DNA of 64,000 nucleotides from Eledone cirrhosa (lineage: Eukaryota): the NCBI GenBank assembly GCA_964016885.1, contig CAXHJY010001528.1, positions 1 through 64,000 of the forward strand, in the 5' to 3' direction. The position numbers were made by a program, and so were the translations under genes. Below are positions 12,021-25,800 of the stretch, in pieces. Numbering within the stretch: the stretch's first letter is position 1; each line of letters opens with the position of its first letter. The notes under the pieces were generated by a model that was not told where the DNA came from, did not search any database, and saw only the letters and a list, made by a program, of their open reading frames with translations.

Positions 12021-13150
12021 TCATCATCATCATTTTACGTCTGCTTGCAAGGGTGGGACGGGTCCTATTCAGCATCTCTCCACTTGTCACAGTCCTTCGT
12101 CATCTTCTCCGTGAGCTTCAGCAATCTGAGGTCTGCTCATGCTTTTCATGGTCTTCCTCTACTGCGTCTTCCTTCTACTGGCATTTCTTGGCAATTCTTT
12201 ACCCAGCAGTCATCTTCCATGTGCTGCACATGTCCATACCGTCGCAGTCTTCTCTCCCGCACACTACAACTTATCCCTCTTAAACACAGCTTCTCTCTCA
12301 ACACATCCATGCTCGGTCACTCATGCACATTGACATTGCACATCCAACAGAGCATGCTTGCTTCATTTCTCTCCAGCCATCGCATATCCTCTGCAGTTGC
12401 TACCCATGTCTCACTACCATACAGCATCACGCACCTCACACAGGCATCATATAACCGGCCTTTCGTACGCAGGGAGAAACCCTTCTTTGTCAGAAGAAGA
12501 AGCAGCTCCTAAACTTCTTCCAACCCGTCCTTATTCTAGATACTATGGCCTTGGAACAACCCCCTCCCATGCTAATCTGATCACCTAGGTACCAGAAGCT
12601 ATCAACCATTTCTATAGAACCTACCTGCATTTAAAAAATGTGTCTATCAATGCGACTTCTACTTCAAATTTCCCTGTACATCTACAACATACGTATTTTT
12701 CCCTACCTCTTAGTGTGCCTGCTATCCCACTACATCTCTTGTGTACCCAAGATCTGCATTGTGTACATTTTATAGAATTTATGCCATTCCTTTTCTGCAT
12801 ATCGAACATATTTTCCTGACGGAATCAGAGTTTTGTCCTATTTTCTACTTATCAACACTTTTGTCTTAGCTAAGTTCACTCTCAGTCCTCTTAATTCTAA
12901 TTGCTGTTTCCATAGCCAGAATTTATTCTCTAGCTCCTCTACTGATTGTGCTATAAGAACCAAATCATCAGCATAGAGAAGTTCCCATGGGCAGCCAGTC
13001 TTAAACTCCTCTATTATGGCTTGGAGGAGTATAATGAACAAGAGCCGGCTGAGAACCGAACCCTGATGTACTCCTACTTGTATCTGGAATTCCTCACCAA
13101 ACTCCATTCCTACTCTCACTTTACTGACAACACCCCTGTACATATCTTGT
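12021..13150 (-). mobile_element. 5'-truncated RTE-clade LINE (RT with YADD motif, Cys-rich finger, 3' end with (ATG)n tail)
   Basis: ORF 12838-13161 VGVHQGSVLS.LLFII...WELLYADDLVL...LRVNLAKTKVL; ORF 12621-12809 SIKCTQCRSWVHKRCSGI...CCRC; ends at a (CAT)n tract near 12021. Confidence 0.88.
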
Positions 13151-14319
13151 GAGGCAGACATATTACTGATTTACACTTTTTAAGAATGTCTTGCTAATGT
13201 ATTTTCATGTGCTAAAGGATGTTAAAAGTTGAAATACAAAATAAATACTATAATACTTCTGCACTTCTGCTTCTTTTGTCTTCTCCTTCTCATATAGTTA
13301 GATCCACAAGCAAGAAACCAAATTAGCTTATTGATGTTATCCAACCATCTTGTTCACATCCTACCCATGGACCACCTGCTGGTTGGCTTTGCCTATAAAA
13401 TCTCTCCAGCAATTCTTTCCTTACACATTCTAACCTCATATCTGTAGTACCAGGTCAAAATTTCCTATTCATTGATATATCCTCAGTCCCAGCCATACAT
13501 TTTCCTATGCAAAGATCAGGGAGAGAAAGCATCCCTCCTGAGGAAGGAGTCTTGCGAAGAGGAATGGCTGATGTTGCAAATGTCGCTGGTTGTTCTCTGC
13601 AGCAATGCTTTCACCATCTGGTGTTTGGGGCATAGCTGAGATATACAGCCCAGCCAAAGGTATGTCATTGCCTTGTCCATGGTATACAGCCGAGAGATAC
13701 CACCGCAGAGTTCAGCTGTGATATACCACGACTTGGTAAAGATGAGATATACAATGACAGGGCATAGCTGAGATATACCACCACATGGTAACAGCAGCAG
13801 TGGAAGCATTTCTGAATTGGGATGGGGGGACAATTTAGTTGTAGTAATTAGTTTAGCTCTTTGCATTCTAAAATGGTCAGAAGATACAATTCAAGTCCAA
13901 GCAGATCATATTTTCAATAATTCTAAAGTGATTATAGCAAAATGACCTATGACATATGTCACTGAATACACATACTAGCAATTGGCAAATAGTTATATGT
14001 GTAGTACACTGTTATTATCAAATATCAACAGAGATATAAAAAAAAATTCGATATGTGATAAATATAACATGTACATAAAATGTAGCACATGTACAAAATA
14101 GATATGTGTTTTGGTAGTTTGAGGAGAAAAATATGGGGAGGGCACTCCAGTAAGGGTGATAGCAGCGATTCTTTGCTTAAACTTTAATCTGTTATTTTAA
14201 TAAATATATAGATATATATATAATTATTAGATCGCTAGTAAAATAACGTGTTCTAATTTAATAAGTTCGAAACTTCGGCTAGAATAAAAAGATTAAATAT
14301 ATTTTAGAAGGAAAAAGAA

Positions 14320-14488
14320 AGAGCAGTGATCACGTGGTATGATTCATTCGAATCAATTGGCGTCTTGTTGATTATCTTGTTTACTCAAATCTCCACAGAT
14401 TTCTGAATATTTGTTCCGTATATTATATATGTTTCTTCATATATAAAAAAATATATATATATTATTGTTATTATTACATGAATTCAAT
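14320..14488 (+). promoter_or_regulatory. Putative NXF1 promoter/5' UTR region with E-box (CACGTG at about 14331)
   Basis: Lies immediately upstream of the NXF1 ATG and contains GATCACGTGG; positional inference only. Confidence 0.3.
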
Positions 14489-17400
14489 ATGAGTGGCCAC
14501 CATCGTGGTAATTTTTCTGTCACAACTGGAAGGGATGGTTCTCGTTCAGTTTATGGTAAAGTATTCACAAATCCTGTTTCATTTTTTTTACATTCTCGCT
14601 CCTTTTCATTTTACAATTATTTTCCCTATCCTTCTCGTTTTTTTGTTTTTTTTCTGTCAACCATCAGAATTTTTTTATTAATTTATCTGTTATCTTTTAG
14701 ATTCATAAAATCGAACCATGTCTAGTTTAAAAGTTACGATCAGTTATAATATATATATTTGTGTGTATATTCACATGGAAACATCTTAGCAAACAATGGC
14801 GTTCACTTGCTCTCCTTATGGCTTACATTTGATTCTTATTTTTATTCATATTTCTATATTTTCATGAGTTCACACCTTTAAAATCTGTTTTTAAAACCAA
14901 TATATATATTTAAAAAAATACATATCTGATGATTTGTTATCTTAAAAGAATTTACGTATAAATTAGAAATACAATTATTACACTCTAATACTAGCTATTT
15001 GTGTTATATAAATTTAAGTTAAAACGAATTAATTATTGATTTTAAACCATTACCATACCATTCACTTTTTAAGGTTACGCTGTCATATTTTGTGTTTATA
15101 TAAAACCTTTTTTTACCATATTGAACTATTTTAAAGTTTTCCTCCGTGTTATAATACAATTATTAATGATTGCGCCTGTATATTTTATTACATTTATATC
15201 AGATAGAAATACATATATATAATCAATTTATTATATATATGTATTTATGTTTGTATAAATTGAGATCGATAATAGCAACATTTTTTTTTTCTTTTTGTGT
15301 ACATAAGGATAAAACATTAAAATATTTTCTATCTCATGTTCATTGCTTTGTAAGAAATTTTTTCATTATTTCTGTTAATGTAATAATGTACCAACCAGTA
15401 AACTACCCAGTGCGTTACTGATATTTTATTTTATCCACCCCGTAAGGATGAAAGGCAAAGCTGACCTTCGTCTTAATTTTTACGTGGTTGATAAAATAAA
15501 ATACTAGTAGTCGACCCCGTATGGATGAAAGGTAATGCGAACCCCAGCCTTTCATTCTTAAGGGAGTAGATTTAATCGACTTTCCCTCCTTCCCTTCAAA
15601 TTGCTGTCCTTGTGCCAAAAGTAGAAACAAGTATTTATATCAATGAACTCTAGTATGCAACACTTAGACTTATCTATGACGTTATTCGAACGAACGAATT
15701 ATCGTCGTTCTTAGACTATGAACAAGGATGTCGACGTGATAATGGAAAAGTATTGTTCTATTGAGTCGTTTACACAATTGTATATACTTCTTGAAGTATT
15801 TTATTTTTATAAAAAGAAGTTATACAATGGAAGATAAAAACAAAATTGAGTGGGGCTGGGTGTAAAAAAAGGCAGATCTGGTTTATGGGAAAATAAAGGA
15901 AAGGGCTATTGTTGTTAAATCCTTATTTTCTTGCAATCTTGAATTTATAATGAAATAACTTTCACGTTATCATTAAATCCTTATGGAAATATATATATAT
16001 ATATGAGGTCGATCCGCCATCTGGCTGGCTAGAATAATCGGAGGCGTTATGGTATTCACATTCATTATTGAATAAACGCGAAATAAATAAATCTTGTTTG
16101 GTGAACTGAGATAAAATTTATTTAATAAAACAAATATTAAAAGCTTTTCGTGTGTTGTCTTGACTTGAATTTTCGGGTATTATAGAATTTGAGATAACTT
16201 ATTAGTCACATGGAGTTCAGAGAAATTAGATTTTTCTTAAAGAAAGGGGAAGGACATTGCGTTAAATCTCGTTTAGTCGAGAAATGATCTCGTTTGTTCA
16301 TGAGGCGGGTGGATCTTTAGTTTGTCAACAAATATAACAATTATTGTAATTTGCTTTTGTTACCTGGAATTAATGTTAACAATTCTGGCAATTAAAGCCT
16401 TAAAATTAAAAAGGAAAGTAAAAAAAAAAGCGAAATACGAAACTCCTCGCCGATCCTCCCTATTGCTGTCGTAAATTATAAAGAATACGTTTAGTAATGT
16501 ATTCTGTTATTCTGGTTTATACCAGAATTACAGAATACAAATACGGACGTGATTAAATTTTGTAAAGGAAAAGACATTACTACCTCCAATATACAACGCA
16601 ATTGTATATTGGGCGTTATTTTGTTTTTTTTTTGTTTTTAGTTTACTAGACCTCGTAAATGTAAACGTGGTTTCTCATCTATTATTAGGGTCCTAGAATT
16701 TATCTTAAATCGAGTTTTATATGAATAAAATGGAATCAAACTCTTAACATCCTGTAATGCTTTAGCAGAAAGTGTTTTAAAACGGTTTTGTTAATTCAAA
16801 TGTTTGTAGTACTTCTGAACGGATTGTTGCGGAAATTTGTAATATTAGACTAAAGATTTTAGGATTTACTGTAGTGTAGTCAATTATTCTTTTTAAAAAG
16901 TGTTGTATATGCGTGGTTAATAATTTATTACGTAATAAATAGATAGGTACACTCAAACTACTTTAATTCCTGACACTATACCTCAAAGGATTTTTGGAAA
17001 AATATATACTCAAACAGCATTATGACTGCATCATATAAGATAGTCTTTATTCAAATACTACAAATTTTCACAATTTGTTAGATTAACAAAGCCTTTTAAT
17101 GCTAAACCGTGACAGAATGCTAAGAGTTAAAGCACTTTTGTTCCAAAGTCCGAGGAAAATATGTATTTTAATTAAACATTAATTTTTAATATCTCATCGA
17201 AAATTTTAATGTTGATGTGTATAAGCAGGAAGACCTTGTTTTTTGTTGGGGGGGGGGGGGGTTCAGATTATTGATATTTGTATTCTTTTTTATTTTTTTT
17301 CATCAGATGATAAATCAAGACCTTTCTACAAACGCTCCAAGTGGCATGGAAGAGGTGGAAGACGTAACAGAAAAGGTTGGTTTTATTAATTTATACTGAT

Positions 17401-17559
17401 CCAGATACAGGGGGGGGGGGGGGCACAGTCTGAGCAACATGGTCACCGGAGCTGAATTGTCTCATAACGGTACAACCTGACTAACTCATGCAAGAGTGGA
17501 AAATGAATGTTGTGATACTTGCTTATGAAGTATTTCTGAAAATGCAAGAAATAATGTTC

Positions 17560-17591
<32 letters not shown>

Positions 17592-20500
17592 TCACACCTG
17601 ATGTAAAGGAACTGGGTTGGATTTGGAAGAATAGTTAAGTAGGGCAGGTGGAACATTTTGTGTGTGTGTGCTAAGGGTAAAAATATTGAGGACTGTCAAT
17701 GATCTTGGCTTGCTGGAATGTAGCACTGCGTGAGGAGAAAGAACTGTTATATTTTGTTGTATTTGGAAATTGCAATTTTGGGACAGCAGATATTTTGAGT
17801 AGGATGAGAGGAAGGAAATCAGAGATAGGAGTGTGTAAGTAGCTTTAGAATGAACAGATGTAGAAATATCAGGGGAGTCTATAATAAAAGATATTGAGGA
17901 TGGGAATAGAAATATAATTGGTAAGTAGCAATACAATCTCCATAAAACTTACGAAAGCAATTGATTTATCCCTTTAGTTGTGTCAAGGACATGACAGCCG
18001 CCTTAATGCTGGTGATTTGCACAATAAAGGCACCCAGTACAAGCTGTAAAGAGGTTGGTGTTGGGAAGGGCATCCAGCCATAGAAAGCATGCTAAACAAG
18101 GGTTTAGGAGGACCCTTCAATTTGTTTGAAAAGACACAACTCCTCTGCACTCTATAACTATGTATGCAGGATATAGACTCTTCGGCATGTCTGGAAGGTC
18201 AGTAGACCCGTCCAACCCTTGCTAGCAGGGAAAGCGGATGTATGATGATGATAGTACAATAGTACCGTTGCAATTATTGTTGTAATGGCTGTAAAATTCA
18301 GGGGTATGCAGAGCAAACATCTGGGTTTCAGTAGGATCCACTGAGAGGTTAGCATAACTAAGGCTCATATTAGTACCCATGGCCACATCAATAGTCTTTT
18401 ACTACAACTCAGGGAAAAATCATTTGAGTGAAAATGAGTTAAACTAAACAAGTGTAGTGGTGTTAGGTTCAAGTTAAGAGTCTATCATGTGTATGGTGGT
18501 ACATCTGTGGTGAATAGTTATGTGGGTTTAGAAGAGCAGAGTAGGGAAAAACCTGAAAAATTAAGACTAGTGCTTGTTTGCATCATCCTGTATGACTGAT
18601 GTGTGAGAACTGAACTTATTCAAGTTGGAAGTATTTCAGTAATTTTACCATTGCTGAATGCTCTATATTCCCACTTTGAATTTTGTGTCAGAAAGGCGCT
18701 TCCTTTGGTTTGGTTATAGACTCTGAATGGGTTGTGTAGTTATGGCAATGCCCCTCCCAGGGTTGACTGCTGAAATTATGGATTAATATGATCAAGTCAG
18801 ATCTTGAATTAATATCTGGTCCTCACACATATAGTGTCAACCATTGACAATCTCTTATGTTGGATGTTCGTAATGGCTGATGCATGGTAGGCTTTTGTTT
18901 GTGTCGATTTACTGATTTGAGCTGGCTCAAGTGGGCAGTTAAGTACACTACATAAAAGGGAATGGTTAATAACATGTCGTCTTTTTAAAAACCATCTTAT
19001 TTTTTTTAATGTTTGGTTTCTTTTCTTCAGGTGGTGCTGGTGGGGCAAACCCCAGATCCCATCTTGATGATGATGAGGATTTCCAAATGGGGGACGATTT
19101 GCCAGGGGTCTCAAATCAAAGACAGTAAGTTATATTTGAATAAATAGACAAATGTATACTAAAACACCTTGCTTTTGTATTTTTGTAAGATTCTTCAAGT
19201 GATATCATGTGTTGACTCAAATTCAATATTGATTTTTCAGTGTGCCTTATCACAAAAATCGCAGGAAACGACTTCAGAATAAGATCTTAGAAATGGATAA
19301 AGTTCAGACTGGTGAGTTTAATTATAATTGAAGTATTAACCCTTTAGTGTTCAAACCGCCCGAAATTATTTCCCCTTCATTTGTTCAAACCACCCGAAAA
19401 CACCCACACTAAATCATTCTAAAAATAAACAAACCATCATCAAAACCTCGTCAATTCGAGGCTGCTGTGAGATTAGGCCCTTAACGCGAAAATTAACACT
19501 TTATATAGTGGAACAACTTAAAACAACAAGTGTTTTTTTAACTTTGAAAGTGCTACAAATTTTTTTTTTTTTTTTTTTTGTATCAACATGGCTTATGAAA
19601 GTAGCGATACCGACTTTGAAGGTTTTACACACGACGACATTCAGAATAAACAAGAAACAAACGATAATATTAGTGGTTTATCTTCAAATGAATCTGATGT
19701 TTATATGTTTGAAATTTTGTCTGACGATGATTGTTGTTTTGAAAGTGAAAACGAAAAAGGTCTCCAGGGCGCCAATGAAAAAAATACAGCAACATGGTTG
19801 AAAAATACCACACCAATATATGTTCCCAATTTTATTCAAAATACTGGTCCACAACACACATTAGCTCCCGATGCTAAAGCACTGGATTATTTCTTTTTGT
19901 TTTTACCACAAACTTTCTTCGAAGTTGTGGCAGAAGAGATTAATCGATATACCCAAATCAAGGAAAACCCGATCTGTTTGGCGACCGACAGATGCTGCGG
20001 AAATGCAAGCATGTTTTACCGTAAATATTATGTTTGGTATAAAACAATTTCCAAGACTGGAATTACTGGATCACTGATATAATAATATCAAATATTATGC
20101 CGAAAACAACGTATTTAAAATTAAACCAGTATTTGCACCTGGTTGATACTTCAAATGCCCCTATTAATTAATTTCACCTGTCCATAAAAGTCAAATTTGA
20201 CCCAAAATTTATATAATTGTAAATTATTGATATTTAAACATCTGCTGAGAAAATTTCAAGCCTGCACATAGAAAATTAAGAAAATTACAAACAAATAAAA
20301 TTGATAACCCTCTTGGGTATGATTAACTGAAAATAATGCAAACAGATAAGCATAACTTTTGAAAATTAATGTGAATACTAAAAGGTTAAAGTGATACAAA
20401 AAAAACAGATGTTTATGTTTAAAACTTTTGATACTAAACCACCTAAAACTGCTCTTGGTTTTTAAATGCAGAACTGTTTATATCGAGTTTATGTAAGAAT

Positions 20501-22721
20501 CTTAATGAAGAATGAGAAAATTAGATATTTTACTAAATTCTTCCAAATTTTTATACCCATAATTTGAAAATCATTGGCAGTGGATTCCATCAGAAATATA
20601 GTAAAAAAAAAACTAATTTCAGACTATAGAGTCTGTTCACCTCAATATTCATAATCTCTATATATTAAATTAATAGCATAACTATTAATTTGTTGTACAT
20701 GAGACATGTTTCATTAGGAATTGTTTTGAGGTGCATGGCCTCATGGTAAAGGTGTTAAACTTTGGAATATAATGCTGTTAGTTCAATTTCTGGACAAGTG
20801 TGTTGTGTTCTTGAGCAAAATACTTCATTTCACATTGCTGTAGTATACTCAGCTGAAAATGAGTATCAGCAATAGCTGATGGTTTAACTATGCAATGGAC
20901 TGGCTGCCTGTCCAGGGGGAAGTCTTGTATCTAGTCACTTAATGCCACAGGAACTGGGATAAGCACCAGTCTGATGAGAATCCGGGCTCGAGACAGACTT
21001 TACACTTATTTTTAAAATACAAATGGCATAAATTTTGAATTTAAAATTTCATATTTACTCTCACAAGAAATATATTTCCGTGACACTAAAATCTATTAAT
21101 TTGATTTTTGTAATTTTAGGTCGATTAAAACGACTTGGCTTGCCAGTACACAACAACAACAACAGAAATAATGTCACTTGGTATCGTGTAAAGGTATTTA
21201 AATTTTGACTTTTATAAAAATTCCTTATATCTTTTATATGCCATACAGTGGGATTGAATCCAGAACCCTATTGGTCAATTTAATGACTGCAAACCAGGAG
21301 TTGAAATCCCTAAAGCAATGCGATGTTGTCTTAAGTGAACTTAACCATACAGCTATGCTTACACATTTAGTAAGTTTTCTGATTATGTTCTGATTGGGTT
21401 GCTCATACCAGTAATATACTCATGTTGGTTAATATTGATATATGTGTTTGTCTATGTATGTTGGTGACAACAAAAAGAACCTGATCCTCCCTGTAAGATG
21501 GTTGTGTTTGTGACACAAGAAAAAAAGCACCTAGTCCAACCAATGGATTGATTGTACCTGTAATTTGAAGGCCCATCCTTATATATTGTCATGCACGTCC
21601 TGTGGAATGCAGTCATATGTCATTCCAAAGTCTTCGATGTAGGCATGCATCCTGGCAGTGAATATTTAGTCGGGTGTGTTGTCTGGGGCGAAAACCACAC
21701 TTCGTCAGCTAGCATGGACTTGACAATCTCCCTACATCTCTTTGCCAGACACTTAATATAGATTTCACTGGGGAGGCTTAACAAGGAGATCCCTCTATAA
21801 TTGGAGCAATGCCTCTTGTCTCCCTTTTTGAAAATTGGGATTATCACTCCCGATTGCTGCCTTTCCAAAGATCCAGACCACATGGCACACATGAGTTTCA
21901 CAGCGAATACTTTCTTTATTTAAGGCTTTTAACGACTTTGGACAAATTGCATCATCCCCATTGCAAATGGATGATTCTAACAGGACCCATTGGAAGGAGT
22001 GTTTACGGACTCTTCCTTCACAACCCTGCCAGGAATAAGTGGGCAAAGAAGATTTAACAGAAATGTTCTTTGTTAAAATTAGAAGATCCATCATTATAAT
22101 TGATGAATTGAGTTAAATCTTTTTTTCCCCCCGTGTTTCTAAAATAAGTATCAATGTTATGTGGGAATGGTGGATGATAAATTTAACACTGTTGATGATA
22201 TTTGCTTAATTTAACATGATGGATTTTTTTTTTCTTTTTCTAGATACCATGTAGACAAAAATTGGAAAAGCATTTTATTATGAGAGAAATTGAAAATCGC
22301 ATTAATATGCCTTTCCAAGCATCATGTGTGAGTGTCTTACATTATTTTCGTTTATATCTATTTAATTTATTAACTTTTTGTTTTGTGAAAAAATACTAAT
22401 ATTTAAATATTTAGCACTTTTGATACCAAACCACTTGAAACTGCTCCTGGTTCTACATTACAAAGCTGTTTACTTTAACGTGTATATATGTTATCTATAA
22501 ACCTTCCATCATAGTTTTATGTAAGGACCTTTCTTATTTTCCAAACACTAGCCACTGGTTCTATGATACAAAACTTCAAACTGGAAGTTCTGTGAAAACT
22601 AAGGGCAGTCACAGATGGGTTGGTAACAAAAGGGTTAAATTGAATTGAAACTATTTCTCAGTCAGGGTATGGAAATGTGATTATATTTAATTAACACTTG
22701 CCTGCTGGTGGTTATTTTCTG

Positions 22722-22813
<92 letters not shown>

Positions 22814-25800
22814 ATCTCTGAAATTCAAGATAGTTTTAGAGACCCAATGCCACCTACATAAATGTAGAAGTGCCGACAGGATTTTATCAAGTACATAAAC
22901 TCTGTGCGATTCTTTCACTACAATTTTGTTGATTAAACCTACAAATGTTTTATTAATTGTCGGAAGAATTCTTCAATTATGACAAAGACATGACAACCTC
23001 CTTAGTGCTTATGCCATGATATAAGGCACTCAGAGAGCATGGGGAAAGTATGTGAGTGATACGCAAGCTCCTGGCCCGTCTGAGAGGTTTAGTGACTCTA
23101 CTTGAGTACTGACACGGTCTGTGACCATCAGTCCAATTTTTGCTAGTAGGGAAGATGGACATTAAATGATTTTGTGTGTATGTTGTCATTGTATGTCCTT
23201 ATTTCCACATCGGTATACGTTGGACTACTATCTTTCTAGACAGGCCGACGGCAATGTCTTGCTTACAAACGTTCCAGTTTTGGCAAGGTTTCTACAGCTG
23301 GATTACTGTCCTAATGGTGGGTGCTTTTTATTATGGTGTCAGCACTAGAGGTAGTCATAACCTTGATATGACTGAAGAGGCCTCCTCTCAACTCTTTTGG
23401 CATGAACTGGATGCTTTCCTAACATCAAACACTTTACAGAGTGGCACCAGTACTAGAGAGAGAGTATCAGGTCATTTGTTGTGTGTGTGTATATAGATTA
23501 CTCTTTTGCATGTTCCAGTCAACTGGATGAGGTCATGCTGGGGCACTGCCATAATATATATATTTATTTATTTTACTTTTTCAGTTCAAAAATGAACATG
23601 GCAGTTATTGTTTCCATGTCCAAGATAAAGTTACTGCAGATGCTATTCGTCAAGTGGATAAGAAGATAATGATGCCAGATGGATTCAAAGTAAGTTCACT
23701 TTGTCTTTATTGAAACATATCAACTGTGTCTAAAACTATTTGTGTAGAAGGCTTTAGATCATTATCGATAAATCTAAAAAAATGTCCTGTTCAGTTGATA
23801 TCTGACTGAAGATTTTACAATAGCTATGGTGACTGTCATAGGGCTGTAATCATTTTTCTTGTCTAAAAAAATATGACTGACCTCTGGATTTTCCAGTAGC
23901 TCTGCTGGCTTGTGCAGTAACCTCATTTTGTGTCACTGTTGGAGGCGCAACTCTAATGTATGTATGTACCTGTTACTCCTGGTAGTGTTGTAGTGCTGCT
24001 AACTTAGCTTGTCTTGGGGTGTGGCGTCACCTCTCCAGGTCTGAACAGTGATTGAGGATAAGTGAGAAAGTCGTATGGAGGCAGAATTGATCCTACTTTT
24101 AAGCTGGTACTTTTATTATTGGCTTCAGAAATAGTGAGAAAGCAATATAGTGGAAGAATCAACCTTAGTTCTGGAGTGTTTCTTTTTTTATTGACCCTGA
24201 AAGCTTGAGAGACATTGTTGACCCATGAGATTTTAACTCAGTTGAAATGAATACCACAAAGCATTCTATCATGTTTTAACGACTACCAATTCGCCACATT
24301 ACATGTGGTACCTGCTGTGAATGTTTGTTGATAAAGGGCCTGTTGTGGTATAAATTCTAATCTTGAAAGATTCCATGTTTTTACATTGGCAATAAAAGTG
24401 ACTATGGTTAGATGGTTTTTAATAAACTTTTAAAATACTTAACCTTATATAATTTCAGTTGGCCATAATTGTGAAGCCTTCTTGTGCACCTGGGTTGACC
24501 CTGGATGATAAAACACTGGAAAAACTAAAGGTAATCATTTCTTGTAAAATTATTAGAGATATTTGACTCTCTTCCCCATTTTGTGATTACCTGCATATAT
24601 CATAATAAGTAGTATTTTTGCGTAATTTGTGGCAGTTAGTGCTAGAGGTAACATCCTCTGTAAAGTGGTTGGTGATCAAATGGCAATGATAGAGGTAGAA
24701 AGGACTCTTCAGTTTTGCCAAGTACATGACAAACCTCTCTAGTGCTAAATTTAAAGTGGTAGTGTTGGTGCCACGGTAATATACACCCAGTACACTTCAT
24801 AAGGTGACTGATCGTGTTAGAAAAGACAATCAACCATATAGACCACACCAAAAACACATGAGCAAGATGTGGTTCTTTGTGCCATCTAATCTTGAACCTT
24901 GGTGACCTCTTCAACCATTATTGAAAACAACTTGATGATAATGATGAGGGCATTCAATCGTTTAAGATCAAAACAAAATGAATTGTGGACAGTAGTGATG
25001 GTGTTAAACTGATAATATTAATTAGGATAATGATACATAATTAATTTTTCTCATTTTAGCTTTGCTTGAGTGATCGATATGATTCATCTATCAAAATGCT
25101 TCGCCTAAATAATTTATATCAAGATGAAAGTAAGTACATTGCGTATTCTTTTTACACTTGTTTCTCTCGGTAAACTTTAAACATCTTATGGATTGATAAT
25201 TTAAGAACAAGTAAAATCATCATTTTTGGCACGTCTTGCATATTCCTCAACTTATAATCAAGTATGGTAGATTTTATTTTAGTGTTGTGAAATACGTTAT
25301 GAAATATCTTCTCATTGTCTTCAATATCCTGTGATATAAAACTATCAAAGTCATTGTATCAATTAATATACTCTTGCAAGCAGGGAAAAGCGGACGTAAA
25401 ATGATGATGATGGTTATTAAAGTCTTCTAAATTTATGATGATAATTTAAAGTTTCTACTAAATGTAAAGTGTATTTATTTAACATTTTTAGTATATAATT
25501 TCCATACGACTAATTATGAAGCCTAATGGAAGCCTATAAGAAAGCATGATCTACAGGATTGAACATATGTCACATTTTCTTGTTTATAAGAACGTACAAA
25601 CTTCCTTGTATATGTATGTGTGTCATGATCAAGCCGAAATATATATGAGGTGTTCTGTGAGAAAGGTGTAAATAACTTTCAAATCAATCTTCACTGAAGG
25701 TTGATTTGTAAGGTTTGGGTTTGTTCTTTCTGCATTGTCTGTTTCATAAATGAATATTTATGTATTTATCTTCTTAAACCCTTTGTTCCTTGTTTTATAT

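Noticed and set aside
11807-12588. Plus-strand ORFs of 158 and 172 aa
   Set aside because: Chimeras of a LINE fragment, a TA microsatellite and the antisense strand of an RTE LINE.
13516-13866. 116-aa ORF with short internal repeats (GGISQLC/GGISRL)
   Set aside because: No recognisable domain or splice context; likely degenerate repeat-derived sequence.
19588-20082. 164-aa ORF as a nested or domesticated PGBD gene
   Set aside because: Frameshifted, lacks the DDD catalytic core and is still bounded by TIRs and TTAA; a decayed transposon.
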